64,000 nucleotides of DNA from Octopus sinensis (Eukaryota), in the NCBI RefSeq assembly GCF_006345805.1, contig NC_043016.1, positions 17,980,001-18,044,000 of the forward strand. The letters are read 5' to 3'. The notes under the pieces are model-generated. The model was not told the origin of the DNA and searched no databases. It saw nothing but the letters and a program-made list of their open reading frames with translations. This document shows, piece by piece, positions 14,464-28,716 of the stretch. Every line of letters begins with the position of its first letter. Positions within the stretch are counted from its first letter, which is position 1. A program made the position numbers and the translations under genes.

Positions 14464-15094
14464 TTAAATTAAAACTTCATATTCAATTTGAAATTTTGAA
14501 ATCCAATCTGAATTTTAAAAAAATTTGAAATTCAAATTTTGTCAAAATAACTCATTTTTTTTATTTTATTGAAATCAATTTATATAAATTTATTCTCTTT
14601 AAATTTTGTTAATAGAATTATCTAGATTTTGTTAATTTAAAACATTAAAAGAAAAAAATTACAGATGAAAATATTTTGAATCAAAATTGTCATCTTTGAT
14701 TATTTTAAACATTTTTTGATGAATGGTAAAACTGATAATTTCATTTTTGAAATATATTGCTTATGAATTTTAGAAATCACAATTTCACTGCTCACTGATT
14801 TTTAATAATGTTGGTTTTTTGGGGTTTCTTTTTATAATAGTCATGCAAATTATAATTTGACTGTTAGATAAAATAATTATCATCATTATTATTAGTATTA
14901 TTAAATTGCTTATAAAATTTTGATTTTTCTAAAAAAAATTTTTGAAATGTAGAATGAAATAAATAGATTTTCTTTACTACTCATTATTATAATTACACTG
15001 TAAAATAGAATTTTAAATGAATTAAATCACAAATTGTACAATAAAAAACATTCATATGAAAAATGAATATGATGCCAAATTTATATACTAATGC

Positions 15095-15099
<5 letters not shown>

Positions 15100-15136
<37 letters not shown>

Positions 15137-15463
15137 ATATAAATCCAAACTATAGACCACGCTAGCATGGATGAGGTGAATGTAAATGTAATGATGCTCA
15201 TGAAAGGACATATATATATACATACATATATATATACATATATATACACATATATATACATATATATACATATATATACATATATATACATATATATATA
15301 TATACATATATATACGTATATATATATACAATATATACATATATATTATATTATATATATATATAGATATATATATGTATATATTATAATTATATGTATA
15401 TATATACATATATATATATATATATACATATATAATACATATATATATATATATATATACATC

Positions 15464-15509
<46 letters not shown>

Positions 15510-15562
15510 GTGTATATAATATATATATGTATATATATTATATATGTATATATATACATATG

Positions 15563-15606
<44 letters not shown>

Positions 15607-15705
15607 TATATACACATACATATATATAATATACTATATATATATACATATATATATATACATATATATATATATACATATATATATACATATATATATA
15701 TATAC

Positions 15706-15737
<32 letters not shown>

Positions 15738-15830
15738 ACATATATATATTATATATATATGTATGTATGTATGTATGCACAAAACTATAGACATGTTGAT
15801 ATATATATATGCATGCATATATGGATGGAT
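15100..15830. repeat. Large compound (TA)n/(CA)n microsatellite
   Basis: Direct reading; source of the IY-repeat ORFs. Comparable arrays at 2790-3350, 3680-3905, 7600-7790, 20600-21250, 22130-22490 and 24300-24640. Confidence 0.95.
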
Positions 15831-16108
15831 ACGTGTGTGCAGATAGATAGACAGCTAGATAAATAGACACATTCCACTCATACACATACATATATGTATG
15901 TGTGTGTGTGTGTGAAGTTATATAACATAAAAGGTTGAGATGTGTCATTTTTTCTATTTTTCTTGCTGGTTTTCCTCTTTTTGTCATATTGTAGGAATGT
16001 GAAAGTAGTAGCCAAGTTGTGAGAGAAGGAAGAGAAATAAAGTATTATAAAAGGATGTGGCTTAGATAGGTATATATAGATGAGAAATTGACAGACACCA
16101 GAGAGATG

Positions 16109-16144
<36 letters not shown>

Positions 16145-16599
16145 AGCCAACCACTAAGTGAAACAGACAGTGAAATATACAGGGATAGAAGAAAGAATGT
16201 GAGGAAAAGTGATTAAGAGAAAAGAAGTTAGACAAATGAATTTAAAACTCTACAATAGGGAGGGAGAATGTGATACCGTAACAGAGGCATAGAGAGTAAA
16301 TAAACGAGACAAAGAGAGAGAGAGAGAGAGCAAGAAAGAGATAAATTTGTGTATGATTTTGAAGTAGGTAACAAAGAGATGAATAGGAGTCAAAATGCGA
16401 TTGAACAAAACTTGAAGTGTATCACTAAGCTGACCAAGACTGCAGATTTACCTCCAGCATTGAAGAGACTATGTGCTTTTGACTAATATCTCTGATTGAG
16501 TAATTTGTATTGCCTAGCACAACAGCAGCTGTGAAACCAATGGTAACTTTCTGTGCCATAGCCAGGAATATACTCTTCAAATATATAGAAAAGTACATA

Positions 16600-16958
16600 T
16601 CTTTATATATAAAAGTGAAGTTGTGTGTCTCTCTCCTACGATTTAGATTCCTAACTACTCCCACATTTTGCGGTGCAGTGTAACCAAAAGCAGGTATCTT
16701 ATAGTCGTGATTCATATCGAGCCCTTCGGGTATTAGCGCACATCTACGATGAGTCTACGATTTAAAAAAATTTACCATCATTTTTTCCCATTTTTAATGC
16801 ATTTTGTTGCTATTATATAAGGGAGTAACTCTCTAAAATGTTTATTAAATCTCAGAACGTAAAAAGCTACAGTAACACCCCACTTTGTGGTTAGCCATAT
16901 TGAGATGGCTATTATACTTTACATCCTCTAAAAATGCAACGCTGGGTGATACTGCTAG
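16600..16958 (+). mobile_element. Non-autonomous Helitron family 1
   Basis: A|TC 5' end followed by TATATATAAAA; 3' end CTAG|T; 5' half near-identical to the 41590 copy. Confidence 0.8.
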
Positions 16959-17556
16959 TATATATATATATATATTGAATTCTAACACCAGGTTATTTGT
17001 ATCACTATGCCTGAGTAAAATCTTAATATGTATATATATGAGGGAGAGAGGGAAAGAGGAAGAGCAGGGCTAATGTGGTGTGTGACAGTCATTGTGAATA
17101 ATGAAGGACATTAAGGGAAAGTAAGAGTATGTGAAAAGACAGAATTTTAAAGGTACAACAAGTAACTGTGAGGCAAACAAAGAAATTCCCAGCTGCAATG
17201 AATCTACTTGACTTCAAAGTGCAGAAAGACGATGAAGATTGATATGAAGAAGTCATTGGTCAGTGCGAATTGAAGGAAAGAGGTGCTACCAAAAACAACC
17301 AAAACAAGAAATACAAGAAAACATACATGCAAAGCTTGAGGCAAAGAAGAACTGAAAGAAGACAAAATGACACACGAGAAAAAAATGTAGCAAGGCTTGA
17401 AAGGAGGCAGAAATACTGTTTTCTTATGTCTACTAAGTTAGTGTGTATGTGTGTGTGCGTGTGCGAGTGTATGTGTGTGTGTGTGCGTGTGCGTGTGTGT
17501 GTGTATCTATTATGTACATATACATGTAAATATATATAAAGATATATGTGTCTATA

Positions 17557-17603
<47 letters not shown>

Positions 17604-17809
17604 GTATATATTTATGTACATAATGTACATATATATGTTCACACGTGTAAAAATATATATACACACATATATGTATATACATATACACACACACACACAC
17701 ACACATATATAACTCACACTCAACTGCATACAGTGCTCATAAAACATAAATGTGTAATGATCACCTTCCATTCAATTGAGAAAAATGTAAACATATGATA
17801 ATAATAATC

Positions 17810-17852
<43 letters not shown>

Positions 17853-18148
17853 AAATAATTTGTAAAACTACTGTGAAGTACAGTACCTAAAACTTGCCTG
17901 AAATCAATGCTGAGGCAAACATCAAAGAATAACATCAGTTATGATACTGCAAAATAGTCATTAGAGCAAGGAATAGAATAGCTTGTAGTATTTATTTCAA
18001 CACCTGCACTCTGAGTTCAAATCATTCTCAAATCAAGTTTGTTTTTCAGTCTTTTAGTATAGATGAAATAAAGTACCAATTTTAGATATTGGTGTCTAGT
18101 TTTGGGAGATTATGCAGCATTCATATATGCACATATATATATATATAT

Positions 18149-18451
18149 CATGTGATCACATAACCGACCAGGCTGTCAGATGTTGCTACACATCACTGGT
18201 CACAATGCGCTTCACATTGTTTTAGCCTTCAAATGATGCCACCCTGCTGGCTAAGCGAGCAGGCCAACAGAAGAAAGAGTGAGAGAAAGTTGTGGCGAAA
18301 GAGTACAGCAGGGATCGCTACCACCCCCTGCCGGAGCCTCGTGGATGTTTAGGTGTTTTCGCTCAATAAACACTCACAATGCCCGGTCTGGGAATCGAAA
18401 CCGTGATCCGACTGTAGGTTCGCTGTCCTAACCACTGGGCAATTGCACCTC

Positions 18452-18452
<1 letters not shown>
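18149..18452 (-). mobile_element. tRNA-derived SINE family B2
   Basis: Reverse complement ggaggtgcaattgcccagtggttagg...ttcgattcccagacc; same body as 61666-61969. Confidence 0.85.
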
Positions 18453-18498
<46 letters not shown>

Positions 18499-18890
18499 GT
18501 ATATGTGTGTGTGTGTATGTATGTATGTATAGACAGCCATGTGCAATGTGTTACCAAAAAGGAACAGTATAATTGTAACAAAATATGACTAGGGTGTTGG
18601 AACACCTACATTGCTAGAAATAAGAGCTAAAATGCTCTCATGCTGCAGTCAAAGCACATAATCGTATACATGTGTACTGACAGGGACTGTAATAGCCCAA
18701 AAGCACCAGTCGAGAATTCTCTATAATGATAGGTCAGTTTCAGCTGATATCATAGCCTCATCAGTCGGGGCCGCTTGACTCGGCTGATTCGGGCAATTAC
18801 AGTACATATACAATTACGTGCTTTAGCTACAACATTAGAGCACTTTAGCTCTTATTTCTAGCAATGTACGTGTCCTAACACCCAAGTGTT

Positions 18891-18930
<40 letters not shown>

Positions 18931-20272
18931 CTATATATATATATATATATATATATACACCATGTTGTATGGTATTTATAGATATATTATAAAAACATGA
19001 AAAGCTTTCTCCAAACCATGGATATGAAATATCCAATTACTGATTAGTAATTGCATGACTTCATACCTGTGGCTTGCGAGGAAACTCAGAGTATTGTGTT
19101 CAAATCTTCCATGTTAGTATGATATACTAAATATATTACGCTACTTCTTCCACAATATTGAAATCTACTTCTTTAACTGTTACACACATTCATTTTTATA
19201 TGTATACACTCATACACACACGCGCACACATACACACACACACACACATACATACATGTATATTCTTTTAGTTTTTTATTTCTTTACTTGTTTCAGTCAT
19301 TTGACTGCAGCCATGCTGGAGCACCACCTTGAAGGGTTCTAGTTGAACAAATTGACCCCAGGACGGTTTTTTTTAAGCCTAGTACTTATTCTATCATTTT
19401 TTTTGCCAAACTGCTAAGTTATGGGGACCTAAACACACCAACATCAGTTGTCAAGTGGTGATGGGGGAGGACAAACACAGACAGAAAGACACACACAGAG
19501 CCATATACATACATACATACATATATACATGCATACATACACAAATACACAGGGCTTCTTTCAGTTTCCATCTACCAAATCCAATCGCAAGGCTTTGATT
19601 GGCCCAATGCTATAGTAGAAGACACTTACCCAAGGTGCCACACAGTGGGAACTGAACCCTGAAGTATGTGTTTGGGAAACAAGCTTCTTACCACTCAGCC
19701 ACACCTGTGTGTGTGTGTGTATGTGTATGTATGTGCTCATATAGACAGGCTGACAGACAGTCACAACAGATTGACATGTAGGTGAACAGCCATGTAGATA
19801 GGTAGATAGATAGATAGATAGATATAGTATATGTCTATACTTAAGTATACCATATACAAAATTTTATAAATGACTTGAGCCATCATTTTTATTGGTTGAA
19901 TACATATGTGTACTATTTTAATATGCGTGTGCCTGAGTTTTATCCTGTGGAATGGAAATCAGTAGAATTACTTTATCAATGCCAGAAACTTATTGATTAT
20001 ATTCAGAGATACAAGGAAACGCCCATGTACACACATACACACATATATGTGCATTGATAAGAAGTAATGTATACATATGCACGCAAGTAAAGGGAAATTC
20101 ACCCTGATGTAAATAGAAAGGCGTGTGTGTGCATGCACGTGTGTGTGTTTTATATATGTGTAAATATATATATATATATATCGGAGTAAACAAAACTGTC
20201 CAACGAACAGGAACATGAAACTCCGAGTAACAACTTTTGTTAAATTTCTGATGCTTTTAAATAAAGCATATA

Positions 20273-20322
<50 letters not shown>

Positions 20323-20690
20323 GTTTGTATGTATATATGTGTGTGTGTGTACATATATTGCAGTCAACAAAATCTCACATATACTGATATACAAAGAAAC
20401 CCAACAGAAATTTCACTCTTAAGTCAAAGAAAAACAAAAAAAAACAGTTTGGTACAATGCCTTAAATTTGAGGATTCTGCTGTAAAGTTTCTTTGTGACA
20501 GTTCATATGAAAAGGAAAAAATTTAACAAATACAAATTAAATGTAACAGTATTGTTATATACAAACCTACACCTATATACACACACATATATATCTATAT
20601 GTATGTATGTATGTAGGTATATGTATGTATGTATGTATCTATCTATCTATAATATATTATAATATATATATATATATCATATATACGTAC

Positions 20691-20731
<41 letters not shown>

Positions 20732-21132
20732 CATGCCTATACGTCTAAACCAATGGGGAGTCCATCATCATGTATGTATGTGTACATGTGTGTGTCTGTA
20801 TATATATATACACATATATGTATGCATTAATATACATAATATATATATATAATATATAAATATTATATATCCATGTGTGCACATACACATTATATTTATT
20901 TGGTGAGTTTTACACTTATTTCTGTTTTGATTCTAAGAGAATCCGACCACTGAATATCTCTTAGTTAATAAAACCTTCACCAAATATGCAATCAGGTTTT
21001 CTTACTAATAAAATAGAATTAATCTTGTCAAAGGCCCCTAATAAAATGTAACACCCTCAAAATCAAGAAGAATTGGGGCAATTTATTTTACATCTTTAAA
21101 CCTTATTCATAATATATATATATATATGTATA

Positions 21133-21173
<41 letters not shown>

Positions 21174-21426
21174 CAGTGATTGTCTCCACTGTTATATAAC
21201 TAGATATATGGTGTGCAGGTATGCATTTACATTTATGTATATATATATATATAAATTAGAAAAAAATCACCTTTTATAAATTCAAATGAAAAATTAAATT
21301 ACACTATCTAGAAAATTACATATAATAGAAATTATATATATATATTTAATATTTTGTGAAATTTGATTTATATTTCTAAATTGAATTTTTCCTGTAAGTT
21401 TGGAATAATATTCCCTCATATTATTA

Positions 21427-21470
<44 letters not shown>

Positions 21471-22139
21471 ATATATTATATACTCACACATATATTGTGT
21501 ATGTGTATAGATATTATGTGTGTATGTGTATATTTATATATTTATACATATGCATATATTATATATATATATATATATGTGCATATAGAATTATGTATGT
21601 ATGTGTTGTATGCTTGTATCTGCACTATTGTGTATGAATGTGTGCTCCTGTGTGTGTATGAGTGTCTATGTGTGAGTCCATTCACAACTTTGATATCAAT
21701 GCAGAGACGCATAATAGTAATTTCAAGATTATCTTTTATTTTATATTTTTTTTGTATTTCCTATGTTTTTTTTCTCCATTATTGTTCCTGTAATTGTTTT
21801 CGGTTTTTTTTTCCTTTTTTTTTTTTTGTTTTTTTTTTTTCTTGTCATATCAAAATACTCCACTGTAGAAATTTTTTTGTCTTACATGTCTTGATAGCAG
21901 CACCCACCATAACGCTGTGGTTCACTGTATCCCCGACCAAGAAAACAACCAAACTGAATTTTGTCTTGTTTTCCTATGTTTTTGTTAGGCAGGGTAGTAA
22001 AGGAGGTTTGGTTGAATTTTTTTTTTTTTAATTACAACTCCTTACCTTATAAACATTTACATAATATTTATATACACGAACACACGCACACTCAATTTTA
22101 AACACATACATATATCAACATTCATATATATTATATATG

Positions 22140-22224
<85 letters not shown>

Positions 22225-22450
22225 CTAATGTTTATACACACACATATATACATTTATATAAACATACACATGCATATATAAAATATGGACAAATATAAGA
22301 AAGATTGATAAATTTAGATATATACATACAAATATATATGTACATATAAATAAATGAATATTTGTGTGTGTGTATATGTGTATTCATTATATCATATATA
22401 TGTATATGTAATATATACATGTGTGCATGTGTGTGTGTGTATATATAATA

Positions 22451-22495
<45 letters not shown>

Positions 22496-22972
22496 TTAAT
22501 AAGGGTGAGAGAATTAGATACTAATTTAATAGTATATTTATTCAACACCAAGTGGCCTAGTGCTACGAGAAACCTGGATTATTATAATATTTTATAACAT
22601 ATTACAATACTTTTACAAAACAAATATAAGAGAGTGGTCAATATATTGCTCACTCTAGCACCAGTTAATCCAAAAGGTTTCAACCACGAAGATACATGTT
22701 TCCCGTGAAAGCAGTACGACTGTTAGCTCACACGGACAGGGCAAGTAAAAAATAACAAAAATACAGATTATTTTGGGACCATTGTTTCGCTATTAATGAA
22801 TTAAATATATATATATATATATATATCTATATATTATATATATATATATATATGAATGTATATACACGCATTTTTACATACATATTCATATTTGTAATAT
22901 ATTTAGATATTGTTTGTACTGCTATGTACACGTATGTGTATATGAATATATGTACATATGTATATGTATATT

Positions 22973-23006
<34 letters not shown>

Positions 23007-23996
23007 TGCACACACATGTATGTATAGTTTTTGTTTTCTGGTAATACAAAAAGTACGTAGAAACACTCAAAGCACCCTAGTATGTTAGTGCTGTTCATCC
23101 ATGTCCCCGAATCATTTAAGAAGGATTGTAGAATTCTACCAAGCATTTCATACAATCAACCTCATGGTTGGCAGTGCTTATCTATGAGTTTAGAACCGGT
23201 CATTAGTTAATGTTTGGAATATTGAGGCAGGCTCTTCTCAGTTTTATCCGATTCACTCGACCTACAACATGAAGCACTCTTCAGCTGAATACTGTGCCAT
23301 TTGAACCTTTCACACTTTATGCATAATTATCCACCCTATCTACCCTTCCTGATTCATTTGTCACTGTACTTTCTTGGACATGTTGCTATGAAAGTATCCT
23401 CTGGTTCCTAGTAGTCATCTTGTCTCTCTTCCACAGACCTATCTACCTGCACATATGTAACGGTGGGTAGGTAACTTTGACTCCGCCCTTGTCATACATT
23501 CTCTCTCTCTCTCTCTCTCTCACTTTTTCACAAGTCTCCAAATACTATTTTCCCATTTTCCTCCTCTTACTCACCCCTTCTCTCTTATCTAAGATATTGG
23601 AGAAAGATGTGGTCCTTGAACCATTTGAATCTGATCAAACCATCCAACCATCCAACCCTTGCCAGCATGAAAAGTGAACATAAAATGACAGTGATGATGA
23701 TGAGGAGGAGGAGGAGGAAGAGGATCAACATCATTTCTCAATTCCCTCTTGAATTCAGTCAACCATGATGTTGATGGTTGGAAACCTTTAGATATACTCT
23801 TTTACCTGTTTAAGTCATTTGACTGTGGCCATGCTGGAGCTCTGCCTTTAGTCGAATAAATCAACCCCAGGACTTATTCTTTGTAAGCCTAGTACTTATT
23901 CTATCGGTCTCTTTTGCCGAACTGCTAAGTTATGGGGGATGTAAACACACCAACATTAGTTGTCAAGCAACGGTAGAAGGACAAGCACAGACACAA

Positions 23997-24036
<40 letters not shown>

Positions 24037-24432
24037 GACGGGCTTCTTTCAGTTTCCATCTACTAAATACACTGAAAGGCTTTGATCGGCCTAAAGCTAT
24101 AGTAGAAGATAGCCAAGGTACCAGACAGTGGGTTTGAACCCAGAACGATGTGGTTGGGAAGCAAGCTTCTTACCACACAGCTACTCAACAGGATTATAAA
24201 TGTATACACACATACACAAGCAAACACACATGTATAGACATATATTTACACAATGAAAGTGATGTATACATCTAAGTTTATATAGGTATATATGTAAAGC
24301 TACGTATGTTTATATATATATATATATGTATATATATATGTTTATGTTTATGTGTATGTAGGTATATATGCATGTATGCATATGTATATATGTGACTTTA
24401 TATATATACAGACATGTATGTGTATATATACA

Positions 24433-24489
<57 letters not shown>

Positions 24490-25069
24490 ATATGTATGTA
24501 CATAATATATATGTATGCATATATATATGTAATATATGTGTGCATATATACACACACACACACACATGCACACTACAAAACACATGCAATCTCATTCACA
24601 CGCATGTAAAAATTGGTAACACACACACACACACACACACACAAATGAAATGCACACAATTATATGCATACGCATCTGTTTACAACACAACAAAAATCAC
24701 TCTCACTTCACTAAATACCAACACACACCATTGTATTTTGACAGAAAAATTAAATTGATATGATTTGTAAACCAGAGATCAACAAGCGCTAATATTCAGA
24801 CATTTAACTACTACTTATATATATATAAACAGATTTTTGGAAATAAAATCTAGATGTTCAACATTAAATTTCAACTTGTATGCTTTTTTGGTTGGGCTGG
24901 AAAATATTTTTTTCCTTTTGATTTTTTAATTTTTTATTTTATTTTATTTAAATATTTTTTTTTTTTTTTTTTGGAAGGTGCATTGGATAAATGTGAAAAA
25001 TCGTTAGAATTAATAAATTAAAACTTTTCGAACTTTATTCCTTTCCTGTTGTTGCTTTTTAATTATGTG

Positions 25070-25231
25070 TATGCGTATGTTTGTATATGTATGTATGTAT
25101 GTGTGTGTGTATGTATGAATGTATGTATGTATGTATGTATGTATGTATGTATGTATGTATGTATGTGTGTGTGTATGTATGAATGTATGTATGTATGTAT
25201 GTATGCATGTATGTATGTATGTATGTATGTA

Positions 25232-25262
<31 letters not shown>

Positions 25263-25470
25263 ATATGTATGTATGTATGTATGTGTGTGTATGTGTGTAT
25301 GTATGTATGTATGTGTGTGTGTATGTATGTATGTATGTATGTGTGTGTGTGTATGTATGTATGTATGTATGTATGTATGTATGTATGTATGTATGTATGT
25401 TTGTATGTATGTATGTATGTGTGTATGTATGTGTGTTTTGTATGTATGTATATGTATAAATTTATGCATG
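25070..25470. repeat. (TATG)n/(TG)n microsatellite
   Basis: Direct reading; source of the MYVC/HTYI ORFs. Confidence 0.95.
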
Positions 25471-25474
25471 TATA

Positions 25475-25684
25475 CTGTTGTGTCTGGGGAGAGTCAGTTT
25501 CTTTTTGTGCCTTATAATTTAACACACTCACCGGTAAAATTTCCACTTATTTCTTATTTACCTAAAATTTTCGTTGCGTCTTGCACCTTTTTTAGGAAAA
25601 TAATAATAAAAATAAGAGGAAATTTTACCATGTATGTTAAATTATAAATCACAAAAAGAAAATTACTCTCCCCAGACACAACAG
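25475..25684. mobile_element. Tc1/mariner-like MITE with long (~75 bp) imperfect TIRs
   Basis: TA|CTGTTGTGTCTGGGGAGAGT... and ...ACTCTCCCCAGACACAACAG ends; related fragment at ~35650-35780. Confidence 0.7.
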
Positions 25685-25954
25685 AATATGCTTCAACACA
25701 CGAACTCACATAAAGAATCTTGCAAACCAAATCCAAAAATGAAATATGCATATATATATGTCTGTCTGTATGCATGTATGTATGTATTTCTTTTCTGTGC
25801 ATGTGTGTGGATGTGCATGTATGTATGTTTTGTATATGTACAAGCTTATGCATATATATATATATATATACCTGTATGTATGTATGAACATACATACATA
25901 TGTATGTATGCATGCAAATATTTACATACATTATGCGTGTGTATATATATATAT

Positions 25955-26690
25955 ACACGTGAGTCAGTCAGGGGGCACTGGCATTGTCCATGTATGGATA
26001 GTACTTTTTATTGGCATGGAGGCCAGTCAGAAGGCACTGGCCACAGCTACGATTTTGGTTTTACTTGACTCAATGGATATCACGTCACCTGACACATCAA
26101 GGGTACTTTTAAATGGGCCAGACATGCAACACTGGCATCGGCCATACGTACATATGTATGTATGTGTGTATGTATGTATGTGCATACATATGTATGTATG
26201 TATGTAGGTATGTATGTATGTATGTATGTATGTATGTATGTATGTATTTGTGTATGTATGTATTTGTGTATGTATCTATGTATGGCTTTGGAGGGGGCTG
26301 TCATCAGAACCTCAGTGAGAACATAAAGTGTTCAAGGTGTGAAACTTGAGGCCGTGCATTCCTTTCCAAAGTTACATATGTCAACCATCTGAAGTTCCCA
26401 TGACAGATCAACTGTATTCAATGTCCTTCCTTGAAAACTGAGTGGTTTGACACATGAAGGTTCTTGCAAGGTGGTTCTGGAACTGAAGAGACAAACGGCG
26501 GTTCACAAGGATCATCATATCTTACAAAAAGTGTGCTGGTCAATCCGGTCGAAGGTACAACTTTTGACCGTCTCCTAAGTTTTAAACCATGCAGATCTTC
26601 TGCAGAAATGAACAGTCATCTGAGAGGTCATAGATGGAATGTCAGAAATGCAATTGGCAATGAGGAAGCACAAGGTATTCAGTGAAGATG
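25955..26690 (+). mobile_element. Decayed RTE-clade LINE 3' region with C2H2-like fingers, split by a (TATG)n array
   Basis: Remnants RHWPQLRF, KCSRCET*GRAFLSKVTYVNHLK and FDRLLSFKPCRSSAEMNSHLRGH, with stops and frameshifts. Confidence 0.55.
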
Positions 26691-26720
26691 GAGTAATCAC
26701 CATGTATATATATATATGTG

Positions 26721-27155
26721 CTCTTTTACTTGTTTCAGTCATTTGACTGCGGCCATGCTGGAGCACCACCTTTAGTCGAGCAAATCTACCCCAGGACTTA
26801 TTCTTTGTAAGCCTAGTACTTATTCTATCGGTCTCTTTTGCCGAACCACTAAGTTACAGGGACGTAAACACACCAGCATCGGTTGTCAACCGATGCAGGG
26901 TTAACAAACACAGACACAAAAATATATACACACACACACATATATATATATATATATTATATATATAATATATATATATACATACATATATACGATGGGC
27001 TTCTTTCAGTTTCGGTCTACCAAATCCACTCACAAGGCTTTGGTTGGCCCGAGGCTAAAGTAGAAGACACTTGCTCAAGGTGCCACGCAGTGGGACTGAA
27101 CCCAGAACCATGTGGTTGGTAAACAAGCTACATACCACACAGCCACTCCTGCGCC
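26721..27155 (-). mobile_element. SINE family A, young full-length copy
   Basis: Complete head ggcgcaggagtggctgtgtgg through tail aagtaaaagag. Confidence 0.9.
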
Positions 27156-27971
27156 TATGTAGTTAATAATTATTCAAATTCTTCTTTTGCATAAGGAGCT
27201 GGTTTCTTACAAAGATCCAAAGCTCCATTGCTAGAATGTAGATAACAAAAACAATGTTAAAATGAGATAAGCCTTGCATAGTTTTGTTCTTGCACTTACA
27301 GATTGTATATGTGTGTAGTGGTTATGTGTATGTATCAGGTGAAAAAAGGAATGTGTATGCTTTTGAAGTAAACAAATAAGTGAATCGATTCATAGTTAAA
27401 ATAATTTATTCACTGGACTTAATTTGTCGTTGGTACACATAATTCTTCACTACATGCAAAATGTTGACAACTGCTACAAGTTGCTAGAAATAGAGACAGG
27501 GTACATCTGTGGAAGTGATGGGTCAGAAATCAATGTTTGTGTGTGTGTATAGTTTATCTGAGATCAGTAGTCTACTGTGGAACTTTGAACATTTCTCTTG
27601 GGTCTCTGCGGTCTTTGAAAACCTGACGTGTCGTAGACGTTGCTCGTTTGCCTGCTGGGCCTTTTTCTCTTCTTCGTCTGTCTGTCGGCCCCCATATTTA
27701 TAATAATCGTGGCAGCTAGAAGGACAGACATACTGCAGCAGAGTTTGTATCTACATAGGTCAGCTTCTGTCCATTTGAACTTCGGCTGACATGGCTGAGG
27801 TCGTAGGTCAAAGGGAGATGATCAATCACTTTTTGACAGGACAAAAAAACCTTTCTTCGTGCCTGTTGAGCGTGGTGGTTTGGACAACTGAGAATTCTTA
27901 GATTCGGTTTCAAATCTAGGCTTGGAGAAGGAAGTGTTAATTTTTATATGTAGGTATATGTATGTGTGTAT

Positions 27972-28716
27972 CAGCTTCAGACCATGCTGACGGAGCTCGA
28001 CATCAAAAGTTCTGCAGTAGGTCTCAAGATGAACTGCATGAAAACAAAGTTCATGCGGTCAGACAATGTACCAACAGGTCGAATGGTGATTGGCAGTGAT
28101 GAAATAGAGGAGGTGAGAGAATATGTCTACCTGGGACAGGAAGTAAATATGTGCCGGGATATCAAAAAGGAGATCTCACGGAGAGTAAGGGCCGGATGGA
28201 AGGCGTTCAATGGCATAAGGGATGTGCTCAAGGGAAGGTTGGACAGGACCAACCCGCGCCAACCTCATTAACAGTGCAGTTCTGCTGCAATGTTATATGG
28301 TAGTGAAACATGGGCTACCACAAAGAGAGAAGAACAAAGACTGGTAACGGCTCAAAGAGCCATGGAAAGGTCAATGCTTGGTATCTCGTTGAGAGAGCAC
28401 ATAAGTAGCAAGATCATCAGAAAGAAGTCCGGCGTGAGAGATGTCATCGCAGAGTAACTCGCAGCAAGTATAGATGGGCTGGACACATCGCCCGGCTCAC
28501 CGATAATCGGTGGACGCATGCAGTTGTCGCGTGGTATCCGCGTGAGCGGAAAAGACCACCCAGAAGACCTCCACGACGGTGGAATTACGATTTCAGGAGG
28601 ACGATTGGGATCGCGTGGATGAGAAAGGCGCGATCCAGAGAGGAGTGGACAGCGTGCTGTGACCAGCGGTGTCAAATGGACGCCTGACGGACTGGTCAGT
28701 CAAAGTGATCAAAGTG
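27972..28716 (+). mobile_element. 5'-truncated RTE-clade LINE (RT C-terminal region) with 16-bp TSD
   Basis: LQTMLTELDIKSSAVGLKMNCMKTKFM...EYVYLGQ...LYGSETW...RWAGHIAR-like...RPPRRW; (CAAAGTGAT)2 tail; TSD ATATGTATGTGTGTAT at 27956-27971 and 28717-28732. Confidence 0.9.
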
